35,407 bases of DNA from the NCBI GenBank assembly GCA_017998195.1, contig JAGODN010000001.1, positions 1 through 35,407 on the forward strand. The letters are read 5' to 3'. The position numbers and the translations under genes were made by a program. The notes below the pieces were generated by a model. It searched no databases. It saw nothing but the letters and a program-made list of their open reading frames with translations, and was not told the origin of the DNA. Source of the DNA: Desulfobulbus sp. (lineage in GTDB: Bacteria; Desulfobacterota; Desulfobulbia; Desulfobulbales; Desulfobulbaceae). This document shows, in pieces, positions 1 through 9,884 of this stretch. Every line of letters starts with the position of its first letter. Position 1 is the first letter of the stretch.

Positions 1-1
1 G

Positions 2-712
2 GAGATGGTCATCTCCGAGATCACCATGGCCCGCCTCAACCAGGCCAACGTGCTCGCCCATTTCTCCCATTCCGGGGTGGACGACATGGCGGACAACACC
101 TGCCATTTCGGCATCAACAACTTCTTCGCCGACAACGGCCTGGCCGAGCACGACCGCACCCGGCTCTACTTCCCGGCCGACGCCCTGCAGTTGGAGGCCA
201 TCCTGCGCCGGGTGTTCCCTGAGCCGGGCCTGCGCTTCGTCTACTCCACCCGCTCGGGCACGCCCTTCATCCTCGACGAGCAGGGCAACCGGCGCTTCGG
301 CGAGGGCTACACCTTCACCCCGGACACGGACGAGGTCATCCGGCCGGGACGCGACGGCTGGATCGTCAGCTACGGCGAGATGCTCTACCGCTGCCTGCAC
401 GTGGTCGAATTGCTCCGCGAGGAGGGGGTGGAGATCGGCCTGGTGAACAAGCCGGTGCTGAACGTGGTCGACGAGGCCATGCTCGCCACCCTGGGCACGA
501 GCCCGATGGTGCTGGTGGTCGAGACCCAGAACGTACGCACCGGCCTGGGCAGCCGCTTCGGCAGCTGGCTGCTCGAGCGCGGTTACGCCCCGAAATTCGG
601 CTTCATGGGCAGTTGGAAGGACGGTCAGGGCGGCCTGGGCGAACAGATCCCCTACCAGGGACTGGGCACTGAGGCCATCCGCGAGCGGGTGCTGCAGCTC
701 TGCCAGGGCTGA
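2..712 (+). CDS. Transketolase-like (ThDP-dependent) protein, C-terminal part, 5' truncated by the window edge
   Basis: Frame is open from position 2. It has transketolase C-terminal-like segments (DEVIRPGRDGWIVSYGEMLYRCL, IGLVNKPVL, VLVVE, YQGLGTEAI) and ends at TGA 710-712, followed by terminator hairpins. Confidence 0.7.
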   Translation, partial: EMVISEITMARLNQANVLAHFSHSGVDDMADNTCHFGINNFFADNGLAEHDRTRLYFPADALQLEAILRRVFPEPGLRFVYSTRSGTPFILDEQGNRRFGEGYTFTPDTDEVIRPGRDGWIVSYGEMLYRCLHVVELLREEGVEIGLVNKPVLNVVDEAMLATLGTSPMVLVVETQNVRTGLGSRFGSWLLERGYAPKFGFMGSWKDGQGGLGEQIPYQGLGTEAIRERVLQLCQG

Positions 713-744
713 ACGCGACCAAACTCCCGCAGCGGGAGGCACAC

Positions 745-790
745 ACAAAAACAACCGGGGCGTCCACGCGGGACGCCCCGGTTTTTTTGT
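745..790. terminator. Intrinsic terminator, probably bidirectional, after the transketolase-like gene
   Basis: Perfect 13-bp stem aaccggggcgtcc (753-765) / ggacgccccggtt (771-783), with an A-tract before and a T-tract after. Confidence 0.85.
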
Positions 791-803
791 GCCGGGTGCC
801 AAC

Positions 804-836
804 AAAAAAGCCCCCGGCTGGCAGCCTGCCGGGGGC
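804..836 (-). terminator. Intrinsic terminator for pckG
   Basis: Stem gcccccggc (810-818) / gccgggggc (828-836). A6 at 804-809 is a U-tract on the minus strand, about 26 nt past the pckG stop. Confidence 0.8.
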
Positions 837-862
837 GAACGACACGGTGGCGGGGTGGACGC

Positions 863-2797
863 TCAGAGATCCTGCGGTTTGACGATGGCGCCCCTGGCCG
901 CCTTGAGCGCCAGCAGGCCGGCCTTCTGTTCCTCGTAGATCGCGAACAGCCGTGCCGAGGCGCCCGGCTCCTTGCGCCAGGCGGCCTCCTGGAGGTCGAT
1001 GCGGGCGATGATGTTGTCGATGTAGAGGGAGAACTGCATGGTGTACAGCGATTCCGGGTACTCCTTGCTGATCTTGCTCGTGAACAGCTGCTTCAGGTCC
1101 GCGTATTTCGGGATCAGGCCGATGGGCGTGGCGATCGCCTGGACGTCACCGTGGGCGTACAATTCGAGCCAGCCCAGCCAGACATGCACGTCGCGCTTCT
1201 CGCCGAGCAGCCCCTTGCCGCTGCCGCCCCGCTCCTCGTGGGTGAGGAAGTAGTTGAGGCCGGCCATGACCGGTCTGCGGGTCAGGCGCGGGTTGTTGTA
1301 GAAATCGAGTTGGGCCTGCAGGTAATCGGTGAGCTGGCAGGCGACGAAGGGCGAGTTGGCCCAGGGCTGGCGGTTGACGCCGCTGGCGCCGATCTCGGCC
1401 GCGGTCGCCTTGGAGACGATGGAGGCGCCGATGGCCACGCCCCCGTCCGGGGTGCGGGCCACCCATATGGGCGGCATGGTGTTGCTGTCCCGGCCGGAAT
1501 AGGTGATCACCTCGATGACCAGGCCGGTCGGGTCGGCGTTGGCCGCCTCGTTGTGGTTGCCCACGGCCGCGCATTTCAGGGTGCAGCGCGAGTTGGGGTG
1601 GGACATGGGCACGTCGGTCATGTCGCGGGTCCAGGCGCCCTGGAAATTGATGCCCCGCTCCGGGACCGGTTCCCCGTCGCCGGTCCAGCGCGGTTTGCCG
1701 TCCGGATCGACGAGCACGTTGGAGAAGATCACCTCGGTGCCGGGCTGGCGCAGGCACTGCATCAGGTAGGGGTCGCCCTCCTGGTTGACGTCGGCGATGA
1801 TGCCGAAGATACCGATCTCCGGGTTGACCGCGCGCAGGGTGCCGTCGTCGCCGATCCACATCTGGGCGAGGTCGTCGCCGATGAAGTTGCTGCCCACCAT
1901 GGCCGTGGTGGTCTTGCCGCAGCCCGAGGGCGCGGCGCCGGCGAAGTAGGTGGTGCGCCCGCCCGGGCCGGTCATGCCGGTGATGAACATGTGCTCGGAC
2001 AACTCCTCGCCGTGGTGCCGGTAGATGGCCGTGTCCGAGGCGAAGCGGTGGTTGCCCTTCTTCATCAACAGCGTGTTGCCGGCATAGGTGCAGAAGGTGG
2101 AGAAGGTGGTCTGCCAGCTGCGGTCCATGTAGATGCGGGCCTTGGGGACGTCCTCGGAGCGGTTGGGTCCCTGGGCGTGGACGTTGGTGAAGAACTCGCC
2201 GCGGCGGGCGATCTCGGCGTCGAAGTCGGCGAAGCAGTTGCGGTAGAGGAGTTCCGCCGAGTGGAGCACGTAGGTGGAACTGGAGATCTCGATGGCCGGG
2301 ATGGCGGCCCTGGCCCCCACCGGGCCGCGGCTGTAGAAGCCGACGAACATGGTCATGCCGCGCATGATGCCGCGCATGTGCTCGCGCACGTAGGCGTGGG
2401 ACTCGTCGCGCAGTTCCTTCTTGGCCAGCGAGGACACCTGCTCGTCCGGGTTGGCGATGTAGAAGGTCTGGTCGACCATGCGGCCCTGGTCCTCGGGCAG
2501 GTCGAAGTGGATGGTGTGGCCGGGCATGGCGAGCTTCGCCTCCTCGCCTTTTTCCAGGCTCAGGGCCCGCACCGCGGCGCAGTCGGCCTCGCTGCCGGTG
2601 TGGATGAACACCCGCTCCGGGTCGCACATGGCGATGGCGTTGGCGATCTTGAGCAGCGCCTCCTCGTTGGTGATCGTGCCCAGCCGGGCGAGATGCTCCG
2701 GGTCGAGCCGTCGGGCGAACAGTTGCCGTGCCTCGGCGATGGTGGAAACCCCGCCAACCGCCGCCAGGATATCAACGCCTTTTCTGAAATCCAACAT
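863..2797 (-). CDS. pckG: Phosphoenolpyruvate carboxykinase (GTP)
   Basis: 644 aa. Kinase-1a-like APSGCGKTTTAM, IGDDLAQM, LSEHMFI, NPEIGIFGI, HPNSRC and YAGN..KK motifs of GTP-PEPCK. GGAGG RBS upstream. Confidence 0.92.
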   Translation of the reverse strand: MLDFRKGVDILAAVGGVSTIAEARQLFARRLDPEHLARLGTITNEEALLKIANAIAMCDPERVFIHTGSEADCAAVRALSLEKGEEAKLAMPGHTIHFDLPEDQGRMVDQTFYIANPDEQVSSLAKKELRDESHAYVREHMRGIMRGMTMFVGFYSRGPVGARAAIPAIEISSSTYVLHSAELLYRNCFADFDAEIARRGEFFTNVHAQGPNRSEDVPKARIYMDRSWQTTFSTFCTYAGNTLLMKKGNHRFASDTAIYRHHGEELSEHMFITGMTGPGGRTTYFAGAAPSGCGKTTTAMVGSNFIGDDLAQMWIGDDGTLRAVNPEIGIFGIIADVNQEGDPYLMQCLRQPGTEVIFSNVLVDPDGKPRWTGDGEPVPERGINFQGAWTRDMTDVPMSHPNSRCTLKCAAVGNHNEAANADPTGLVIEVITYSGRDSNTMPPIWVARTPDGGVAIGASIVSKATAAEIGASGVNRQPWANSPFVACQLTDYLQAQLDFYNNPRLTRRPVMAGLNYFLTHEERGGSGKGLLGEKRDVHVWLGWLELYAHGDVQAIATPIGLIPKYADLKQLFTSKISKEYPESLYTMQFSLYIDNIIARIDLQEAAWRKEPGASARLFAIYEEQKAGLLALKAARGAIVKPQDL

Positions 2798-2972
2798 CCT
2801 GCCTCCGTGGGGTGTCCCCCGTTCGATAAAAGGAAAGAAGAAAAACTGCCGCGCGGCAGCTGTTTACAGATGAACGACCACTCATTATTTATTAGCTCGC
2901 TTTTTACGAATAGGCAAACAGGAATCGTTCTCCTTTGGGTTTTTCAACGGACCTGTGACCGGGCCGCCGGGC

Positions 2973-4418
<1,446 letters not shown>

Positions 4419-4472
4419 GCGGACTCCAGTTCGGGTTGGGGCGGAAGAGGTGGAAGAGGCAGAGGGCGGCGG

Positions 4473-4889
4473 CTAGAGCCGCTGCATGAGGTCGCCGAGG
4501 GTGTCGTCCTGCATGTGCGCACGCAGGTGGTCGTCGATGGGCACGGCCCGGCCGGCATCGTCGATCTTGACGTAGACGATGCGGGTCGAGCAGACGATCT
4601 CCTCAAGTTCCTTGGTGAAATCGAAGCGCCGGGCCTCGACGTTGATGGTCAGCGAACTGGTGCCGAGGTGGTGGATGCGGGCGTAGATGCGGACGTGGTG
4701 GCTGATCTTCACCGGCCGCCGGAAACGGACCTCGTCCATCTTCAGGGTGACCATGTTGGGGGTGCGGCAGAGGTAGCCGGCAAAGGCGGCGCCGGCCTCG
4801 TCCAGCCAGGAGAGCATGGCCCCGCCGAAGAGATTGCCGTTGTAGCCGATTTCGCTGGCCCGGCAGATTTTGGTGGCAACGTAGTGCAT
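4473..4889 (-). CDS. Acyl-CoA thioesterase (hotdog fold, YciA-like)
   Basis: From ATG 4889 (MHYVATKIC): NGNLFGGAMLSWLDEAGA, VTLKMDEVRFRRPV, GTSSLTINVE. The N-terminal extension in the ORF track overlaps radA and looks spurious. Confidence 0.85.
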   Translation of the reverse strand: MHYVATKICRASEIGYNGNLFGGAMLSWLDEAGAAFAGYLCRTPNMVTLKMDEVRFRRPVKISHHVRIYARIHHLGTSSLTINVEARRFDFTKELEEIVCSTRIVYVKIDDAGRAVPIDDHLRAHMQDDTLGDLMQRL

Positions 4890-4954
4890 GGGATGTCCTG
4901 TGTGGTCTCCGGGCGCTGCCGCCCGGGCGCGGGTGCGGTCGGTCGGCGCTGCCC

Positions 4955-4983
4955 TTGCGCGGCGACAGGCCGCACGGTATAAG
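4955..4983 (+). promoter_or_regulatory. Candidate sigma70 promoter for radA
   Basis: TTGCGC (4955-4960), 17-nt spacer, TATAAG (4978-4983), in the divergent intergenic region. Confidence 0.45.
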
Positions 4984-5109
4984 AGGCATGATACTCCAAG
5001 CCCTGCAAACATTTCCATGGGAAAACCATGGAAAACGGGCGTGTGGCCCGGCCCGGCGGTAGTTGTCCCGCCTGTCGGCCGTTTTCCTTCCCTGTTGACC
5101 CGGATACCG

Positions 5110-6480
5110 ATGCAGCCCGCCAGGAAAGAAACCACCCGGTTCGTCTGCGGCCAGTGCGGCTTTGCCAGCCGCAAATGGCTCGGCCGCTGCCCGGACTGCG
5201 GCGCCTGGGACAGCCTCGCCGAGGAGCGGCAGGTGGCCGCGGCCCGCCCCGGCCGGCCCGCGGCCACGGTCCAGCCGCTGGTCGCGGCCGACGGCGGCGA
5301 GGAGGGCGAACGGCTCGTCTCCGGCATCGCCGAGATGGACCGGGTGCTGGGCGGCGGTATCGTCCCCGGCTCGCTGGTGCTCATCGGCGGTGATCCGGGC
5401 ATCGGCAAGTCCACCCTGATCCTGCAGCTGCTCAGCTCGCTGGCCGCCCGCCAGCACCAGGTGCTCTATGTGACCGGCGAGGAGTCGGTGCGCCAGATCC
5501 GCATGCGCGCCGGCCGCCTCGCCATCGGCGAGCGGGAGATCTTCGTGTCCACCGAGAACTGCGTCGAGGCGGTGGTCGACCTCGCCCGGCAGCTGCGGCC
5601 GGCGCTCCTGGCGGTGGACTCGATCCAGACCGTGTTCAGCGAGGAGGTGGGCTCGGCCCCGGGCTCGGTCACCCAGGTGCGCGAGGCCACCGCCCGCCTG
5701 CTGCAGCTGGCCAAGTCGACCCACCTGCCGATCCTGCTCGTCGGCCACGTCACCAAGGACGGCGCCATCGCCGGGCCGCGGGTGCTCGAGCACATGGTGG
5801 ACACGGTGCTCTACTTCGAGGGTGACCGCGGCCAGGTGTTCCGCATCCTGCGCACGGTCAAGAACCGCTTCGGCTCGACCAACGAGATCGGCGTGTTCGA
5901 GATGCAGGAGCGCGGCCTGGTCGGCGTGGACAACCCCTCGGCCCTGTTCCTGGCCGAGCGGCCGGTGAACGTGCCCGGCTCGGTGGTGCTGCCGAGCGTC
6001 GAGGGCACCCGGCCGATCCTGGTCGAGGTGCAGGCCCTGGTCAGCCGCTCGAGCCTGGGCACGGCCCGGCGCACGGCCATCGGCGCCGACCCGCAGCGGC
6101 TGGCCCTGCTCACCGCGGTGCTCGAGAAGAAGCTCGGGGTCACCCTGTTCGACCACGACATCTTCCTCAACGTCGCCGGCGGCATCCGCATCGTCGAGCC
6201 GGCCCTGGACCTGGGCGTGGTCGCGGCCTTGTTGTCGAGCTTCTTCGAGAAGCCCATCGACCCGGCCACCGTGGTCTGCGGCGAGGTCGGCCTGGCCGGC
6301 GAGGTGCGGGCCGTGGGCCAGATGGAGATGCGGTTGCGCGAGGCGGGCCGGCTCGGCTTCGGCACCTTCCTCATGCCCGAGTCGGCCGGCCGTCAGCTCA
6401 CCGGCAAGGCGGCGCAGGGCGTGCAGGTGATCGCGGTGCGCACCGTGGCCGACCTGGCGGAGCGGCTGTTCCGCTCCTGA
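5110..6480 (+). CDS. radA: DNA repair protein RadA/Sms
   Basis: Zn finger CGQCG...GRCPDCGAW, Walker A GDPGIGKST, KNRFG motif and Lon-like C-terminal domain. Confidence 0.97.
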   Translation: MQPARKETTRFVCGQCGFASRKWLGRCPDCGAWDSLAEERQVAAARPGRPAATVQPLVAADGGEEGERLVSGIAEMDRVLGGGIVPGSLVLIGGDPGIGKSTLILQLLSSLAARQHQVLYVTGEESVRQIRMRAGRLAIGEREIFVSTENCVEAVVDLARQLRPALLAVDSIQTVFSEEVGSAPGSVTQVREATARLLQLAKSTHLPILLVGHVTKDGAIAGPRVLEHMVDTVLYFEGDRGQVFRILRTVKNRFGSTNEIGVFEMQERGLVGVDNPSALFLAERPVNVPGSVVLPSVEGTRPILVEVQALVSRSSLGTARRTAIGADPQRLALLTAVLEKKLGVTLFDHDIFLNVAGGIRIVEPALDLGVVAALLSSFFEKPIDPATVVCGEVGLAGEVRAVGQMEMRLREAGRLGFGTFLMPESAGRQLTGKAAQGVQVIAVRTVADLAERLFRS

Positions 6481-6502
6481 AGGGCCTGGGCCACGACCGC
6501 GG

Positions 6503-7009
6503 TCAGTCGTCGGTGCGCTCGAGGATGGGCAAAAATCGCTCCAGGTAGTCGCCGCTCATTACGCCGAGTCGGACCGCACTCTGGGCGGACAGGGTGGCGA
6601 AATCGCCGCGGGCCCGGGTGCAGAGGGTCTCCCCCATGTGCACTTCACCGTGCACCACCACCTGGCGATCGGAGGGCCGCTCGGCGATGGTGCCGATCAC
6701 GACCAGTTCCCGGCCCACGTACACCGGCTTGAGGAAGTCCACGGTGATGGTCCGGGTGACGGCGATCTTCTTGAGCAGGTGGATGGCGGTCCAGCCCATG
6801 ACCTCGTCGAGCATGGTGCTGAGGATGCCGCCGTGCACGGTCCGGTCCCAGCCGGCCATGGCCGCGGGCACGGTCACGAAGGAACAGAGCTGGTGGCCGT
6901 CGCTCTGAAACTCCATGTGCAGACCGATCGGGTTGGTCGCGCCGCAGCCGAAACAGGTCTGATCCTGGGCGTTGTCGATTTTTTTCAGGCGGGCGCGGTC
7001 GATGGTCAT
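6503..7009 (-). CDS. PaaI-family thioesterase
   Basis: From ATG 7009 (MTIDRARL): CFGCGATNPIGL, VHGGILSTMLDEVMGW, VDFLKPV. Confidence 0.85.
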   Translation of the reverse strand: MTIDRARLKKIDNAQDQTCFGCGATNPIGLHMEFQSDGHQLCSFVTVPAAMAGWDRTVHGGILSTMLDEVMGWTAIHLLKKIAVTRTITVDFLKPVYVGRELVVIGTIAERPSDRQVVVHGEVHMGETLCTRARGDFATLSAQSAVRLGVMSGDYLERFLPILERTDD

Positions 7010-7175
7010 GGGCTGGTTGCTCCTCGGTGCACAAAAATAGGTGGGCCGGCGGACCCGGATGTCGGCATGCATAGCATATTTGACCGGCCTTGCCAACCCG
7101 GCGGCCCCGACGCGACAGGCATCGCCGGGCCGACGCCAGCGCCTGGCCGGAAGGGGCGGAGAGCCCGAGGGAGTG

Positions 7176-8051
7176 ATGAACGAGCACAATCAAACCATGA
7201 TGCAGAGGCAGATGGACAGCTTTCCCGTGCTGCCGGTCACGGTGGCGCAGATCCTGCGCGTCACCGGCGACCCCGAGAGTTCGGCCGCGGACCTGATGGC
7301 GGCGCTCTTGCCCGACCAGTCGCTGTGCGCCACCGTGCTCAAACTGGCCAACTCGGCCCTGTTCGGCCGGCCCCGGCGGGTGGACTCGCTCCAGGCGGCG
7401 ATCATGGTGCTCGGCTTCAACCGGGTGCAGTCCATCGCCCTGGTCAAGGCCATGCTCAACACCTTCAGCGACCTGGGCTCCGGCAGTGCACCCGAGGTCG
7501 AGCGGTTCTGGGAGCACGCCTTTCTCGCCGCCATGGCGGCCAACCACATGGCCCGGGATCTGGGGCTGGGACTCGGCGCCTCGTTCATGGCCGGCCTGCT
7601 CCACGACCTCGGCAAACTGGTCCTGCTGCAGACCTTTGGCGACGACTACCTGGCCGGTCGCTGGCTGAACCGCTGCACCGGCGAAGGGGACCTTGCTGCC
7701 GAGCGGCTGGCCTTCGGGTTCGATCACGCCGCCGTGGGCGGGCGACTGCTCGGCCAGTGGCAGTTTCCACGCAACCTGGTGGCCGCCGCCGCGGGCCACC
7801 ATCTGCCCGACCAGGCGGACCCTGACCCGTTGCTTGTCCAGGTCGTGCACCTGGCCGACCTGATGGCGCATCGCTGCCAGGACGAGCATTTCGGGGCGCT
7901 CGTGCCGCACCGGGACGCCGCGGCCGAGGTTCCGCCAGGCTGGCGCGAGACCGGCGTACCCGCACATGACGAGCAGTTCCGCCTCTGGTACGACTGGCTG
8001 CGCGACAACCGCGAACGCTCCGTCGAGGTGCGCGACCTGCTCACCACCTGA
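7176..8051 (+). CDS. Stand-alone HDOD domain protein
   Basis: FPVLP, DQSLCATVLKLANSALF, FWEHA, AGLLHDLGKL and FGFDHAAVG..L..WQFP signature. GAGGG RBS. Confidence 0.9.
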   Translation: MNEHNQTMMQRQMDSFPVLPVTVAQILRVTGDPESSAADLMAALLPDQSLCATVLKLANSALFGRPRRVDSLQAAIMVLGFNRVQSIALVKAMLNTFSDLGSGSAPEVERFWEHAFLAAMAANHMARDLGLGLGASFMAGLLHDLGKLVLLQTFGDDYLAGRWLNRCTGEGDLAAERLAFGFDHAAVGGRLLGQWQFPRNLVAAAAGHHLPDQADPDPLLVQVVHLADLMAHRCQDEHFGALVPHRDAAAEVPPGWRETGVPAHDEQFRLWYDWLRDNRERSVEVRDLLTT

Positions 8052-8138
8052 TGCCTCTCCTGCCCGGTGCGGACAGGAGGCCGGCACCTCGAGGACACCA
8101 CCGGGCCAGCCTGTCCGGCCGCCCTTCCAGGAGTGGAC

Positions 8139-8681
8139 ATGGACTTTTCCCGATTGATCACCCGCCGGCAAAGCGTCCGGAAGTATGCCGATCGGCAGGT
8201 ACCCGAGGAACTGCTCGAGCACCTGGTCGAAGCGGTGCGGCTGTCGCCCTCGGCGAGCAACTCCCAGCCCTGGCGCCTGATCCTGGTGACCGAGCCCGCG
8301 CTCAAGGACCGGGTGGCGCGAGCCACCTTCAGCCGCCTGGTCAGCTTCAACCGGTTCGCGGTGCAGGCGCCGGTACTCGCCGTGCTTGTCGTGGAGAAGG
8401 CGAAGGTGATCACCCAGATCGGCGGGCGGCTCAAGGACCGGGATTTTCCGCTCATCGACATCGGCATCGCCGCGGCCCACTTCTGCCTGCAGGCCACGGA
8501 CCTGGGACTGGGCACCTGCATGCTCGGGTGGTTCGACGAGCCGCGAATCAGGGAGATGCTGCACATCCCGGCGGACAGGCGGATCGGCTTGGTCATCACC
8601 CTCGGCTACGCGGCAGAAGGGCAAATCCGACCGAAACAGCGCAAAAGCGCAAGCCTGATGTGCAGCCGCAACAGCTACTGA
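8139..8681 (+). CDS. Nitroreductase family protein
   Basis: RRQSVRKY, SPSASNSQPW, DIGIAAAHFCLQATDLGLGTC, LGY. AGGAG RBS before ATG 8139. Confidence 0.92.
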   Translation: MDFSRLITRRQSVRKYADRQVPEELLEHLVEAVRLSPSASNSQPWRLILVTEPALKDRVARATFSRLVSFNRFAVQAPVLAVLVVEKAKVITQIGGRLKDRDFPLIDIGIAAAHFCLQATDLGLGTCMLGWFDEPRIREMLHIPADRRIGLVITLGYAAEGQIRPKQRKSASLMCSRNSY

Positions 8682-8852
8682 GGGACCGTGCCGCAAGCGA
8701 GGCCCCGCCCCCTGCGTTCAGGCTGGTGCTGGCCGACCACGCCGGGGTCCGTCTGATCGTGGGGGCTGGCGCCATCCCGGGAGAAATCGGCCAAGCCCAT
8801 GGTGCGATCACGATCGATTCCCCCCAGCCGGGGGCGGGTTCGCCATTGACAC

Positions 8853-8892
8853 GAAAAAAGGGCTTACCGGGGAACCGGTAAGCCCTTTTTTC
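8853..8892. terminator. Bidirectional intrinsic terminator between the nitroreductase gene and tRNA-Pro
   Basis: Perfect 18-bp inverted repeat gaaaaaagggcttaccgg / ccggtaagcccttttttc with a 4-nt loop. Confidence 0.9.
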
Positions 8893-8908
8893 AGGCATGG
8901 GATCGTAC

Positions 8909-8986
8909 TGGTCGGGGCGGGGCGATTCGAACGCCCGACCTCCTGCTCCCAAGGCAGGCGCGCTAACCAGGCTGCGCTACGCCCCG
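8909..8986 (-). tRNA. tRNA-Pro(UGG)
   Basis: Minus strand reads CGGGGCGTAGCGCAGCCTGGTTAGCGCGCCTGCCTTGGGAGCAGGAGGTCGGGCGTTCGAATCGCCCCGCCCCGACCA. Acceptor stem CGGGGCG/CGCCCCG, anticodon arm CCTGC-CT-TGG-GA-GCAGG, GTTCGAA T-loop, encoded CCA. Confidence 0.97.
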
Positions 8987-9018
8987 ACACGGTTGTTGGG
9001 CTGTTGAGGAAGGCGAAA

Positions 9019-9047
9019 TTTCTACACTATCGATGGTGGTGTTGCAA
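9019..9047 (-). promoter_or_regulatory. Candidate sigma70 promoter for tRNA-Pro
   Basis: Minus strand TTGCAA (9047-9042), 17-nt spacer, TAGAAA (9024-9019), about 30 nt upstream of the tRNA 5' end. Confidence 0.55.
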
Positions 9048-9131
9048 CTCTTTTCCCGGACGGTCGCCGGGCCTGCCGGCCGCAGCGGGTCCGGCCGCGA
9101 TCGGATCGAAAGCGAGACAGCCGGCCCCCAA

Positions 9132-9836
9132 TCAGGTGCAGAGATCCCGGGCTGCCTGCACCAGCACCGGCCAGGCGGCCGCACTGCTTTCGGCCAGATC
9201 GGGAAGGATGACCAGGTTGGGGGCGAAGCCGTAGTCGGCCAGGGCCTTGCGGCATTCGGTCAGGGTGTCCTGGACGATCTCCCGCGGGTGGTCACCGTGC
9301 AGGTTGTACACCAGGCCGACCAGGGGAACAGATCGGGTGCGGAGCGCCTCCAGGCTGAGGCGGGTGTGGTTGATGGAGCCGAGCCGCGGCGAGGTGACGA
9401 GAATCAGGGGCAGTTGTTTTGCAGCCAGGTAGTCGAGCAGCAGGAGGTGTTCCTGCAGCGGCACCAGCAGGCCGCCGGCCGCCTCCACCAGCAGCCACTC
9501 GTGCCGCTGGCGCAGGGTCTCGATGGAGCGGTCGAGCACGGCCTTGTCGATCACCGCGCCGGCCATGCGGGCGGCCAGCAGGGGCGAGGCCGGAAAGGGG
9601 AACACGTACGGACAGGTGGTCCCGTCCCGGTCCCAATCGGTCAGGGCCTGGCCCATGAGCCGCCGGTGCTGGACAATATCCTCGGCCATGCCGGTGCAGC
9701 CGGTCTGCACGAGTTTGAGCGTGGTCACGGCCTTTCCCTGGTCGAGCAGGTGGCGGGCCAGCAGGCCGGTGACCACGGATTTGCCGGCATCCGTGTCGAT
9801 GCCGCCCACGGCGATGGTGTACTGGGGAACGGTCAT
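9132..9836 (-). CDS. bioD: Dethiobiotin synthase
   Basis: GIDTDAGKS P-loop, KLVQTG, PASPLLAA, VEAAGGLLVP, LGSINHTRL. Confidence 0.93.
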   Translation of the reverse strand: MTVPQYTIAVGGIDTDAGKSVVTGLLARHLLDQGKAVTTLKLVQTGCTGMAEDIVQHRRLMGQALTDWDRDGTTCPYVFPFPASPLLAARMAGAVIDKAVLDRSIETLRQRHEWLLVEAAGGLLVPLQEHLLLLDYLAAKQLPLILVTSPRLGSINHTRLSLEALRTRSVPLVGLVYNLHGDHPREIVQDTLTECRKALADYGFAPNLVILPDLAESSAAAWPVLVQAARDLCT

Positions 9837-9884
9837 GATGGTGTCCTGCGCTGTCCTGCGCCGGCCGCGGCAACGGCCACAGGT

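Noticed and set aside
1146-2627. Long Arg/Pro/Gly-rich same-strand alternative-frame ORFs (also 4603-6156, 23104-24936, 32524-33705)
   Set aside because: Composition is typical of off-frame or antisense translation of GC-rich genes, and they overlap real CDSs.
8682-8986. tRNA-Pro as a possible island integration site
   Set aside because: No integrase, no duplicated tRNA 3' end that I could find, and the tRNA is followed directly by its terminator.
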